A DNA stretch of 64,000 nucleotides from Blepharisma stoltei ATCC 30299 (taxonomy: Eukaryota; Protista; Ciliophora). Below are positions 27,501 to 39,802 of the stretch, piece by piece. Under the pieces are notes generated by a model. That model saw only the letters and a program-made list of their open reading frames with translations. It was not told the DNA's origin and searched no databases. The first letter of the stretch is position 1, and every line of letters starts with the position of its first letter. The DNA is taken from positions 496,001 through 560,000 of the forward strand of contig CBFDEM010000035.1 in assembly GCA_965603825.1 (NCBI GenBank), in the 5' to 3' direction. The translations under genes and the position numbers were made by a program.

Positions 27501-28805
27501 ACAGCTTCTTTCAATTTAAATTGACCTCAGCTTGTACTGCAGTTATTTTCGATTCAAAATACAGCAGGAAGCATGACTGACCAAATATTTTCAGTTGATT
27601 GCTACTTGCAAGGGCAGAAATCAAAGCCATTTTTTTCAAAATTGATATTTATGGCTGTTCTCCCTTTGATTTTGGCAATTGTGACTATGATGTTTTGGGT
27701 TGGGTATTATCTTTGTGTTTTAGAAACAAAGTACCTTAAAAATAAATTTTTAGGCTCATTAGTAGTCCAGCTCTTTCTAATACAGCCTTCACTTGTGAAA
27801 TACAATTTTTCAAATTTTAACTGTATGGAAATAGAATCAGGCTCTTATTACCTTAGATCTGACTTAGACATTAAATGTTGGGATGCTGAGCATATTACTT
27901 ATTCTTTGACTGTTGCTCTTCCAAGTATTATAATTTGATGCATTGCAATACCAACTCTGTGTTTATGATCTATACATATGCATAGAGAACAGTTAAATAC
28001 AATAGAACTAAAACTTCAATTTGGCTTTTTATATCTTGGCTTCAAAGATAAAACTTATTATTGGGAATTTACTATTCTCTATAGAAAAATACTGATTATC
28101 TGTTGCTCGGTTTTTCTGGGATCTATATCAACACGAGTTCAAGCATTAACTGTTTTCTTTTTGCTGCTTTTTTGCTTTTTCCTACATCGCAAAATTGAGC
28201 CATATTGTACAAATCAGCTCAATTCATTGGAAACTAAATCAATTCTTGTATCTGGACTGACTATTTATAGTGGTTTATACTATTTGACAGATGATTTGGC
28301 ATACTCTGCAAGAGTTTTTCTATTTATAATAATTGTATCAGCTAACTTGTTTTTCTTAGCCCATTGAATTTCGAGCATGACTGGAGTAGGGATCTCAATT
28401 TTGTACTCAAAAATCAAATTTCTTAGGAGAATGATGCATGGAACAAGAATCGAAAAATGGATTCAGAGTATTTCTCCTATCAATATAAGCGATCAAGAAA
28501 CAGACTTAGATAAAAATTCTATCACCAAAGAAATTCAGAATATTTCGATGAATTCTATTATTACCTATAACACTGAAGAAGGAGACTCACCAGGACTGAA
28601 AAATTGGAAAAGGTTAAAATTTAGTGAAATCAACCAAAGTCCAGAAGTATCAGTATTCGAAATTAAGGCAATTAATGTAGAATGTGATCAAAGTCGTGAA
28701 AGAGATAGCATTTCTATTTTAAAAGAAGCTGATGATATTTCCATTTTTGAAAAAGCACCATATCCAACTTTAAGGGAGGTAGAAGAAGATCAATTAGAGG
28801 AGTAA
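21575..28805 (+). CDS. Giant LNR/beta-helix/multipass receptor copy B (~2394 aa); introns 21680-21695, 21963-21977, 23403-23417
   Basis: Continuous frame with TGA=Trp, a 16-nt first intron and two 15-nt introns. Same domain order as A. Confidence 0.88.
21680..21695 (+). other. 16-nt intron
   Basis: GTATTTCCTAAATTAG, accounts for the frame change between signal peptide and LNR exons. Confidence 0.9.
21963..21977 (+). other. 15-nt intron
   Basis: GTAAATTTTATATAG. Confidence 0.9.
23403..23417 (+). other. 15-nt intron
   Basis: GTAATTTTTACTTAG. Confidence 0.9.
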
Positions 28806-29889
28806 ATTCTATACTTTATGGCAGAAGTTCTACTTTTAATATGTTTAAATTTTTAAATATAATATAATGCCATTAAAAATACTTTCAAATATTGCTTAAA
28901 ACTTAAAACTAAAATTATTCAAATATTTAATTATTTTAGGTAACTATAAGCAAAAAAGTATCATAATTAAAAATATTTTTAATGAATATATATAACTGCA
29001 AATTAATTTTGATCTTTTACTAAACCTAAACCCAATTTCATTTATCTAGCTTCATATCCTTGATTTTCTAGCCAAACTGAGTGATTGGAGTTTAAAATCA
29101 TTTATCATACCAATAAATGTTTGACAGAGTTCTTTTAGTTTTCATGAGAATATGGTAATTTAAATTTTAAAGATATTATATGAAACACTGTACAGAGATA
29201 TAATGGCACGATAGATTTTTTTGTCTTGATTGCATTTTACCATTTTTTCTACCATTCTTATAGCATCTATATATTAATTACATTGATTGTCCAATGCTAA
29301 AGCCTTATGGCTTCTTTAATAACTGATCTTGATTTTCATCAGCTTTTCCTTTTGAAATCTTGTCATATATCATAATTTTAGAAAAGAATTACATAGCATT
29401 TGAATTAGCAAATGCCGCTAGAGATCACAATTGAGATGTGCAAAACCACAATTCACATTTGAAAGATGTGCAATTACCTGAACTTAGCATAAGTTCGACT
29501 TTCATGCATTTCAAACTGCATCATGCATTGTATATGTCTACGTATAATATCACAGATTTACCATTATATTAACATGGTGCTCTTCTTTGCTCCATGATGA
29601 ATTAGCCAAACACAGCAGATTTACTGAAATACCCCAGCTACAGAAAAATCTAGATTAAATTTTCATACTTTTGCAATTTCAATTTTATTAATGATTTAAT
29701 ATATCATTCGGAAGCATAAGGCATCCTTACTTTATTTTGATATTATACTGCTTTATTTATCATTTATTAAGAAAAATTAAATTAATTAAAAATTTCAACT
29801 TAGCCGTGTATTATACTGAATATTTCATTTTTATTATAATTACTGCTATTCAGTTGATAAGCGTTGCGGTTTTAATAAATCTCCTAAAT

Positions 29890-32800
29890 ATGAGAGAAAA
29901 TAATTTCTTCAGGCTGAAAATTCTCTTAGTTATCGAAACTTTCTCAATTCAAACTGTTTTGGCTTTATGTTCGATAGATTGTCCGTCCTATTGAGTAAGT
30001 CCTAAAATAGATTGGAGATGGTTGATGTGATAAGAGTTGTATGAACCAAGGCTGCAACTTTGATGGAGGTGACTGTGAATATTATTGCACTTACACCCTA
30101 GGCTGTACTTTAAAAAGTAATGGGGTGTGCGATTCTTCATGTGATTTGGCTTACTGTGGATATGACCATGGAGATTGTGGATACTGCTCAGATGGCTGCA
30201 GTTTAGAATTTCTTCAAGATACAGCATGCCATCAAGAATGCAGTAATTCTTTATGCAATTTTAACAATTATGAATGTGTAAATTTTATATAGGAATGCAA
30301 TCCAGGATGCCAGTATTCAATGCTCGGAAACGGTGTATGCGATTGAACCTGCATGAACTATTATTGCCAATATGACGGAGGAGATTGCTGAGACTCTTCG
30401 TGTAGCTCTGGATGCACTGGATATTTATTGACAAATTATTATTGTGATCCTGAGTGCAATACACCGAGTTGCTTTTATGATAATGGAGATTGTTTATGTG
30501 CTGCTGGATGCTATCCAGATTTGCTAGAAAATGGAATATGCGATCCTGTCTGTTCAACAGCGCCATGCAATTTTGATAATTATTTATGTGGAGATTGCGC
30601 AACTGACTGCTTCAATGATATGATAAACAATGGATTTTGTGATAGTGAGTGTTATAATGAAGGCTGTGGATATGACGGAAATGATTGCCCAACTTGCGCT
30701 TCAGGATGTTTTAATTCAGATCTTGGACTATGCAAGCCAGAGTGTTTAGTTTTGGATTGCGATTTTGACCTTAACTGTATAGAGCCCAATATTATTCAAT
30801 CATCATTTTATGCCCAAATTGCTGCACACGATTGAAATTATCCTGTGAATACTCCTAATTCTTGTTATGCAAAGCATGGCTGCAGCTTAAATTATAATAA
30901 TTTTGATTGGCATTGTCAAGATGCATGCAGCAACGCTGACTGCTTCTTTGATTACTTTCAATGTTGGTCCTATAGCTGCTATGATCTTAATAACTGTGGA
31001 TTTTGTGCTACCTCAAATTCCAAAATGTGCGGATATTGTTTAAATAAACAATTTTATAATTACTGTGTTGATAACTGTCCTAGATATTATACACCTTACT
31101 ATTACTATAAAATGGACGTAGTCATTTGCGCTCCAGTTTTAGATGGATCTACAGAGGAAATCCCAGATGAAAGTTTTATAAGCGCTAATGACGTAGAGCA
31201 AGGGGATGGCTCAATTGATTCCCCATATAATTCTTTATCTTATGGGTTGTCACAATTGGCATGGAAATATTCAGTTGTTTACTTGATGAGAGGTATTCAT
31301 AACTTAACACAAGTTATCGATGATGATTACCTTTTGGAAGCTACAGCTTCAAGGCCATTATATAGGACATCTAATAAATTGGTTCAAATAACTATAAAGC
31401 CATTATATTGTTCAATTTATAGCCACCCAGACTGTGTAAATGATGATGAGAGTATAACGATTATAGTAGATACTCTACCAATAGCAATCGATATACTGAC
31501 TAATGTTACATTTGAAAATATAATTTTTGATGGGAGCACAAAGTTTAGTCCTTTTTGCACTGATTGTGACTATTGTAAAGCAACTACTAGTGATGATGGA
31601 GTAATTACTGATGATCATGGAAATACTCTGGATTCAAATTCTTATGTGCCTCAATCCACTTGTGATGAATTCCATAATACAAATTTCTTTGAAATTGGTT
31701 CTAATGGAATTTTATATTTAAATGTATTTTTTATTTAGAATGTGGAAATTAATAATTTTAGGCAACAATACAATTCAATAGTTACTCTTAAAGGTGGAAT
31801 ATTGGATATGAGCTTGGTGAGCTTTTACAATATAATGAGCAAACCTAATAGTGGAGTTATTGTATCTAATGCTTGCAGCTCAGATTATTGTGGAGAATTA
31901 CATTTTATTAATAGCTCAGTATCTTTACTGAATAATGGTTATGAAGTTAATGACGCAGTTGATTTGGCTGGATTTATGGTTCTAAACCAAATCAAATATG
32001 TTAAATTTGAAGATATTACAATTGAGTATAATTTAGTAAATAGCATTGATCCAGAATCTTCAACAAAAGCAATGTTTACTTTCAATGAAATTTTGAATTT
32101 AACGGTTTTAAATTCAGTTTTTCAATACAACTTTAATTATGATGCATTATTCTTTATAAATCAATATAAGCTGGACATGCCACTTGAAATTGATGATAAT
32201 AAAAAGTTGGTATATGAAAATTTGATAAATATTTGGATAGAAAATGCACTTTTTCAAAACAATAGCGCTATTACATCGTCAACTTTTATAATTCAGTTTA
32301 ATAGAGACCTTCAGAATATCTTGATAAATAACTGCACTTTTCTTAATAATTATTCAGAAGATGATGGTATCATTGACATTTCATACAAAGGGAAGCTAAT
32401 CCAAGAGTACATCAGTGGGGATTCAAGAGTTACAACATTGGATTCAGGCCAAAAAATAAAAGCTGATTTTCCTGCTAAAAGCATAACACTTAAGAACTTG
32501 AATTTCACAAAAAATACATTTGGAGGATCAGGTATCTCTTTGTCGAATTTACCAAATCTTTATATTTTAAACTCAACTTGAAATGGAAATGGAGACAATT
32601 TAAACGAAGATGCCAACACTGTGACTATTAATTATATGAAAAGCTTAGGCTATCTCTATATAAACTCATCAGTAGTATCGGCTTTGCCAAGTTGCAAATC
32701 AGTCATTTCAACAACAAGCATAAATAATTTTATTTTTCACTGCAACACGATCTCTCAAAATTACTGTACTCAAAATAATGCAGGACTAGCTTTAACAAAC

Positions 32801-35800
32801 TGTTTAAATCAAACTATTCTACGAAATTCTGTATTTTCTGATAATAAGTCAAGTGGAAATAGCATTGCTTTGGCTGCAACTATGTCCTCAGCACTTGTTT
32901 TGAAGAACTTGACATTTAAAAATAACTATTTTTATAATGGTGTTGGGAGCTCAGTCGTAACATTGAGCTCTTCTACATCTGCAAGTAATTTTACACTCAT
33001 TAACTGTAATTTCATAGGTGGAGAAACGCCTATATCTGCTAGTTCTGTCCAAATTTTTGCATGAGAAAACAGCATCGTCGAATCATTGTCAAGCTCTTTT
33101 TATAGTGCCTTGGTTTTTTCAGGTAGAGATGGGATAAAATCAAAGATATTATTGAAAAATTGCACAATAAAAAATAATAATCCCAAACTTGGCCATATCT
33201 CTATTTCATCATTAGCAAGCCAATCATATGTGTTATTAACTATGAGTAATATGACTTTTTCAAACAATGGTGGAGGCCAAAATATTATTTTTATTGATAA
33301 ATCAGTTAATCTTGACTCTCCAAGCCAAATATCATATTCAAACTTTACCAATAATAAAATGACTTCAGTGTACGCTAGACATTTATCAGGAACCCTTTTG
33401 GTATTTTCATGTGTTTTTGATTCAAACTCAGCTAGTTATGCCGTAGTTTTGAATTTAGATCATTCTGTCCCTGCTGAAACACATTTATCTGAGTCCTCAA
33501 TAACTTCTAACAGAGGAAGTAATATTTTGTATATAAACGGAAACACTGCTATTAGCCAATTGACTACTCTAAATCTATATGTTTTTAATAACACTGGCAA
33601 TGCAGTTTTTATTGCTAAAGGGCATTGGACTGATCAATATTCAAATTTTTATCAAAATTCAGCTTCACAAGGAGGATCAGCAATAATTAAAGATGAATCG
33701 GTAGTCAATTTAGAAGGGGCCGTTTTTAAGAATAATTCTGCGACTTCTGATGGAGGAGCTATTTATATTTCAGGGGCCTCAAATATAACATGCAATAACT
33801 GCACAATTGTTAAAAATACTTCAAAACATAATGGCGGAGGACTTGCAGTCGACCAAAGCTCTATTTTTATTTTTAACAATTCAGTTTTTTCTGAGAACAA
33901 ATGTGATATGAGAGGTTCAGCCATTTCTATTCTTGGCTCAGAATCTTCATACTCCTATCTTATAAATACAGAAATATCATACAATATCGCAGGATCTATG
34001 GCTGCTATTTCATCAGACAGCGGATTGTTTTCTCTTCAAAGCTGCTCAGTCTTTAATAATACAGGTGCTACAAATTCTGGAATTTTTATGATTTATTCTA
34101 CATGCAACATTTCTGACTCATCCTTTTCGAACCATACAGGAACTAGTGGAAGTGATCTCTATATAAATATCGATTCAAGTTTGTTTGTATACAACACAAA
34201 TTTTAAAAATTCTATTTCGACTAGCTCAGGAGGCAGCATCTCAGTAGCAGATAGTTCATTATCCTGTGAAAAATGCAATTTCTTAAATGCAAAAGCTCCT
34301 ACAGGAGCAGTACTCCAATGCACTTCAGGAAGCAGATGCAAACTGATTAGTTCTTCTATTTTAAGCAGCTCTGCATCCAGTACAGGAGGAGTAATTTATA
34401 TATATGACAGCACTCTGAGTGCTAATAAAACAACTTTTAAAGAATATATCAGTTCTGCAATTGAAGCAAGCAAATCTAAATTAATAGAGATACTTGATTC
34501 AGAATTTAAAAGTGGCATTAATGATAATGGGGCAGCTCTCAATTGCATAGATTGCATAAATGTTACTATTATTGGAACTGAGTTTAAAAATCTTATATCG
34601 TCTGCTGGTGGAGCTATAAAATTTGATCACACTACAGTTACTGCATCAAATTTTATAGCAAATATTGAGAACTCGATTTTTGAAAATTGTGCATCTCTAT
34701 ATGGAGGATCTATTTATTCAAATAATATAAATATCGGAATTAAAAACAGTATTTTTAGAAACAATTCAGCAACTAATTTAGAATCTAATAGTTCTTGCAC
34801 AGATGGAGAAGGCGGAGCTTTATATTTGACATCCACAGTTCAAATTAGTGTCTCTATCAAAAATTCAGATTTTATAGATAATAGTGCATGCTTGAGTGGT
34901 GGCGCTGTACAATGATACTTGTCACAACCAACGATTTCTAATTTATCATTTTCAAATAACTCAGCTTTATATGGAGATGATTTAGCCTCATTTCCTCTTA
35001 GTTTGCTAGTTTTAAGCTATAAAAGAAGACTTGAAGTGCAGGTGCCATCTGCTCCAGGGCAATATTTATCAAGCCCATTAATTGTTGGAATTACTGATCA
35101 CTACAATCAAACAGTTCTCACTGAAAATACAAGCACTTGCCAATTGGAAGTCACAGATAGCTCGAACTATTCATTGTCAGGAAAAACTAAGGTTCAAGCA
35201 TCATCAGGAGTTTATAATTTTAGTGAAGTTATTGTGAGTGGGGAGCCTGGAAGTAAAGTAGGGTTTACTCTTTCTTCATCAATAATTTCTAGTGATTCCT
35301 TAGGTTTATCTTCTGAATCACTTGAATTTGAGCTTAGAGATTGTGAAGTCGGCGAAGCTTTGCTAGCTAAGACTTGCCAAGTCTGTGATTCTGGAACTTA
35401 TAATCTCAATGCTGGTGATTCTTGTAAAGATTGCCCAACTTCTGCTAAATGCTATGGGAAAAATAATATTTATCCCAAAGCAGGCTATTGAAGAGTAAGC
35501 AACTTGACCGACAATTTTTTGGCATGCCCAAATTCTCATGCATGCTTAGGAGGAATTGATTCTAACAATTCAGTGGGAACCTGCAAAAAAGGCTATCAAG
35601 GGAATTTATGCCAGTCCTGCGAAGAAGGGTATTCACGAAATGGAGAAGACACTTGCTCTAAGTGCCCAAATCCAGTCACAAATAGCTTAATATTAGTAGG
35701 GATGATAACCCTTGCTTTATTTATTGTCCTTATTATGACGAGGTCATCTATTAAATCAGCATATAAACCGAAATCGCTTACATCAGTTTATATCAAAATT

Positions 35801-37132
35801 TTTATGAATTATTTACAACTTGTAGTTGTTACAGCTTCTTTCAATTTAAATTGACCTCAGCTTGTTCTTCAGGTATTTTCGATTCAAAATACTGCGGGAA
35901 GCATGACTGACCAAATATTTTCAGTTGATTGCTATTTGCAAGGACAAAAATCAAAGCCATTTTTTTCAAAATTGATATTTATGGCTGTTCTCCCTATGAT
36001 TTTGGCATTTTTGACTATGATGTTTTGGGTTGGGTATTATCTTTTTGTTTTAGAAACAAAATACCTTAAAAATAAATTTTTAGGCTCTTTAGTAGTTCAG
36101 CTATTTTTAATACAGCCTTCACTTGTGAAATACAATTTTTCAAATTTTAACTGTATGGAAATAGAGTCTGGATCTTATTACCTTAGATCTGACTTAGACA
36201 TTAAATGTTGGGATGCTGAGCATATTACTTATTCTTTGACTGTTGCTCTTCCAAGTATTATAATTTGATGCATAGCGGTACCAACTTTATGCTTATGATC
36301 TATACATAAGCATAGAGAACAGTTAAATACTATAGAATTAAAACTTCAATTTGGCTTTTTATATCTTGGCTTCAAAGATAAAACTTATTATTGGGAATTT
36401 ACAATTCTCTATAGAAAAATTCTAATTATTTGCTGCGCAGTTTTTCTTGGCTCTACGTCAACACGAATTCAAGCATTAACTGTTTTCTTTTTGCTGCTTT
36501 TTTGCTTTTTCCTACATCGCAAAATTGAACCTTATTGTACAAATCAGCTCAATTCATTGGAAACTAAATCAATTCTTGTATCTGGACTGACTATTTATAG
36601 TGGTTTATACTATTTGACAGATGATTTAATCTACCCAGCAAGGATTCTTCTATTTATAATAATTGTATCAGCGAACTTGTTTTTCTTAGCCCATTGAATT
36701 TCGAGCATGACTGGAGTAGGGATCTCTATTTTGTACTCAAAAATCAAATTTCTGAGAAGAATGATGCATGGAACAAGAATCGAAAAATGGATTCAGAGTA
36801 TTTCTCCTATCAATATTAGCGACCAAGAAACAGACTTCGATAAAAATTCGATTACTAAAGAAATTCAAAATATTTCGATGAATTCTATTATTACCTATAA
36901 CACTGAAGAAGGAGACTCACCAGGACTGAAAAATTGGAAAAGGTTAAAATTTAGTGAAATTACCCAAAGTCCGGAAGTATCAGTATTCGAAATTAAGACA
37001 AATAATGTGGAGTATGACCATAATCATGAAAAAGATAGCATTTCTATTTTAAAAGAAGCTGATGATACTTCAATTTTTGAAAAAGTTCCATATCCGACTT
37101 TAAGGGAGGTAGATAATGAAGCAAAAGAATAA
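29890..37132 (+). CDS. Giant LNR/beta-helix/multipass receptor copy C (~2398 aa); introns 29995-30010, 30278-30292, 31724-31738
   Basis: Close paralog of B. Shares the 5' flank TTTAATAAATCTCCTAAATATGAGAG. Continuous frame with TGA=Trp. Confidence 0.88.
29995..30010 (+). other. 16-nt intron
   Basis: GTAAGTCCTAAAATAG. Confidence 0.9.
30278..30292 (+). other. 15-nt intron
   Basis: GTAAATTTTATATAG. Confidence 0.9.
31724..31738 (+). other. 15-nt intron
   Basis: GTATTTTTTATTTAG. Confidence 0.9.
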
Positions 37133-37298
37133 GCGGGCTTCAGCTCCTTATTTAAAATTTATGATAATTCTCAAATTTTTTTGATTAATATTTATAAATG
37201 AATTTCAATTTTATTCTATACTTACTATTTATCCATATTTTAAAATATCAAACCGTGCAATCAAAATTTTTTAGAAATATGTATAGCCTTCGTTTTCC

Positions 37299-38427
37299 TT
37301 AACTAGCTATATGGATATTCATCGCTTCCGTTATATTTTGAAAAGGATTCGCTTTACAAACCGGGCACTTTGGAAACCCCTCTGCATTAACAAACCAGCT
37401 TTCAATACAATTAGCATGAAAAATATGCTTGCAAACCAGTTTTCTAACAAGAATCCCTTCTTCCAAACTATCTATAATTTACTCATCAAAACAAATGCAG
37501 CATGTTTTAACACCTACTTCAATCATATTATTCAAAAACTTCAACTTCGGCATGCACTGCTGAATATTGTTTTCTGTCACATAAGCTAGTGACGTTTCTG
37601 GAACCATTTCATATCCTCTTGCTCTATTAACCGTTTGAGAAGGAATTATACGGGCATAGGTTTGATATCCTTTAAATTTATAAAGACAAGTGCAGCAGCT
37701 AGCGCAGCATAAAACAAACATAATTGCAAGGACAATTATTGTTGCCAGCTGCTCAGAAGAAAGGCTCGATGATTTTGAAGTAGTTTTTGCCATTTGTCAG
37801 CTTATAGAAACGCCTGAGTACGAAGAATAAGTTTCATCAGTGATATAGCCTATGATTAAATAATTTGTTTCGGTAATGTTAATTGTTTTATAATAATCTT
37901 TGCTAATAGCTGTTCACGTCGGGGTATAGCTATCAATATTTATATTATCTACTGTAGGCGGAACGTAATAGCCTATTATTTTTATTTTTCCAGGATTCTA
38001 TATAAAGTTTACATACTCCCATAAACATGTAGGAAAATGATAAAGTGTCATAGCCATAAGAGTCATAATAGGAGTGTCCATCTATAATTCAATAGCATAT
38101 TGTTCCAGAGGAAATTTCTGCTGAGCTTAAAATATTCCCTACTACTGTATAGTAATTAATCGGATAGCCACATATAGACTAATTTGTTTTTACTTTGTCT
38201 CTTGAGCAGGCTGTAAACAAATTTGAGCAAGTTTCTGAAGTAGGATCGCATGATTTGCATTTTGGATCGCAATTAGTAGAATTCAAAGAGCAAGTCATAC
38301 CACTGCAAGGATTGCTGATTAGATAATACTAAATTCAAGCTTCATTAAGTATTTTGCAATATTTACAGGTATTCGAACATGAAAATGATTGCAAGATTTT
38401 CAAAAAAACCATTAATAGACTGAGCAT
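37299..38427 (-). CDS. Type I membrane RING-H2 E3 ubiquitin ligase with Cys-rich ectodomain (~354 aa); introns 38315-38329, 38179-38193, 37998-38016 (19 nt, uncertain), 37468-37482
   Basis: Signal peptide MLSLLMVFLKILQSFS, TM LATIIVLAIMFVLCC. After splicing, RING-H2 CCICFDDLEEGILVRKLVCKHIFHANCIESW...KCPVCK. Confidence 0.8.
37468..37482 (-). other. 15-nt intron inside the RING domain
   Basis: GTAAATTATAGATAG; removal joins CICFD to DLEEG. Confidence 0.9.
38179..38193 (-). other. 15-nt intron
   Basis: GTAAAAACAAATTAG, in-frame TAG. Confidence 0.85.
38315..38329 (-). other. 15-nt intron
   Basis: GTATTATCTAATCAG, removes an in-frame TAG. Confidence 0.85.
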
Positions 38428-38839
38428 TTAATTATTTTAAATCATTGATTAGTAGATATTTAAATGATCTAATGACATGTCGGTGCATGAATAATATATA
38501 AAGAATTGTATAGGCTTTTTAAATTCAGAAAAAATCTTAGCACATCAATCAATGCTGAGTGATGGGCCTTATCTTTTATTAGTGACTTAACTTTTAGCAT
38601 TATGATCACTTTACTAATCCTTAAGAAGATAAATTTTATTTTTCTCGTCTCTAAACTTATTTCCTATAACTTTGATAAATAATCACAAAAAGAAGTGTAG
38701 AATTCTTTTTCATATATATTTATTTTTTAAATTTCAATCAGTCCTAGATTTCTCTCGTCCCAAAATTCGTTTAGTTATTCCATTTTCTTAAACATATATT
38801 CACAAGGCTTTCTACAAATCATATAATTTATACAGAATC

Positions 38840-39802
38840 ATGGAAGACTTTACTTGTCTTATGGATATCGACCCAAATCCTATGATAGCGTTCGATATCG
38901 AAGAAGAATCAGAAATTTTGAATTATGTAAGTACTAGTACTGAAACTTCAAAAGAGCTAAACTACCTTGAGCAGAAATTCAACACAATTGATATCAAAGA
39001 AAAGTCTGCTGAAGAAGAAAAATCATCAATTTGTAGCAATAAGAGCACATACTATTCCAGTAAGAGCTCATGCACAAAGAGAAAAACAAACGAGTACAAA
39101 AAGACTATGGCAGTCGATTCGGCTCTAAAGTTCAAACTCGAAACTCTGCTTCTAGCTTTATTTAAAAGAAAAAAACCTAACAAGCCTCCCAAAAAAGAAT
39201 ATATTCGATGCACACTGATAAGAGGACACAAGCGCTCAATAAGACAAAGTTTCCAAGGAATTTACCCTTCAAAAGGGATTCACAAATTTTTATTAACTGA
39301 TGCCAAATCTTACAGAATATGGAATTACTTAACACAAATCTGTCTCAGGGATAGTAGAGACTCAGCAATAATGATGGAAAAGTCATCTACAGTAAAAGGC
39401 CCAAAAACTGATGGGAAAAGCAAGAGACAGCAAATTAAAGAAAATGATGAACTTAAAAAATCATTTAATGATGACTTCTGTCGAAGCTATTTTCTCGAAG
39501 AAGTTATAAAGGAGCATTATTACTATTACATTAAACTTTTATTTGCTCATTTTGATTGTGATATTCTGTGCGAAAAATTTAATTTCTTTTGCTGTGAAGG
39601 AAGGCATACAGATATTTGTACCAAAAAATGGGAATTGTTAAACATTTTTGTCAGCGATTTAATGCTGACTGATATAAAAATCGATCCTTGGTTTCCAATT
39701 GGAGAGCAAAGACAAAAAATAACACTGGAAGATATAGATGAGCTTTCAAAAGTCGCAGCCTACAATAAAGATGATGATGACATCTCACAATTCTTGGCAT
39801 AG
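38840..39802 (+). CDS. Unknown-family basic Cys/His protein, paralog 1, 320 aa
   Basis: Shares PPKKEYxRCxLIRGxKR, GPKTDGKSKR, SFNDxFC and LCExFxFxCCEGxHxxxCxxKW with 40965-41924. Confidence 0.85.
   Translation: MEDFTCLMDIDPNPMIAFDIEEESEILNYVSTSTETSKELNYLEQKFNTIDIKEKSAEEEKSSICSNKSTYYSSKSSCTKRKTNEYKKTMAVDSALKFKLETLLLALFKRKKPNKPPKKEYIRCTLIRGHKRSIRQSFQGIYPSKGIHKFLLTDAKSYRIWNYLTQICLRDSRDSAIMMEKSSTVKGPKTDGKSKRQQIKENDELKKSFNDDFCRSYFLEEVIKEHYYYYIKLLFAHFDCDILCEKFNFFCCEGRHTDICTKKWELLNIFVSDLMLTDIKIDPWFPIGEQRQKITLEDIDELSKVAAYNKDDDDISQFLA

Noticed and set aside
29100-29670. Slightly GC-richer spacer between copies B and C, possibly a decayed gene
   Set aside because: I found no sustained frame or recognisable homology.
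29737-29889. N-terminal extension of copy C from TTG 29737
   Set aside because: ATG 29890 matches the copy B start and precedes the signal peptide.
13455-37132. Receptor genes as pseudogenes full of stops
   Set aside because: The breaks are TGA=Trp codons or lie in conserved 15-16 nt introns, and the spliced lengths are multiples of three.
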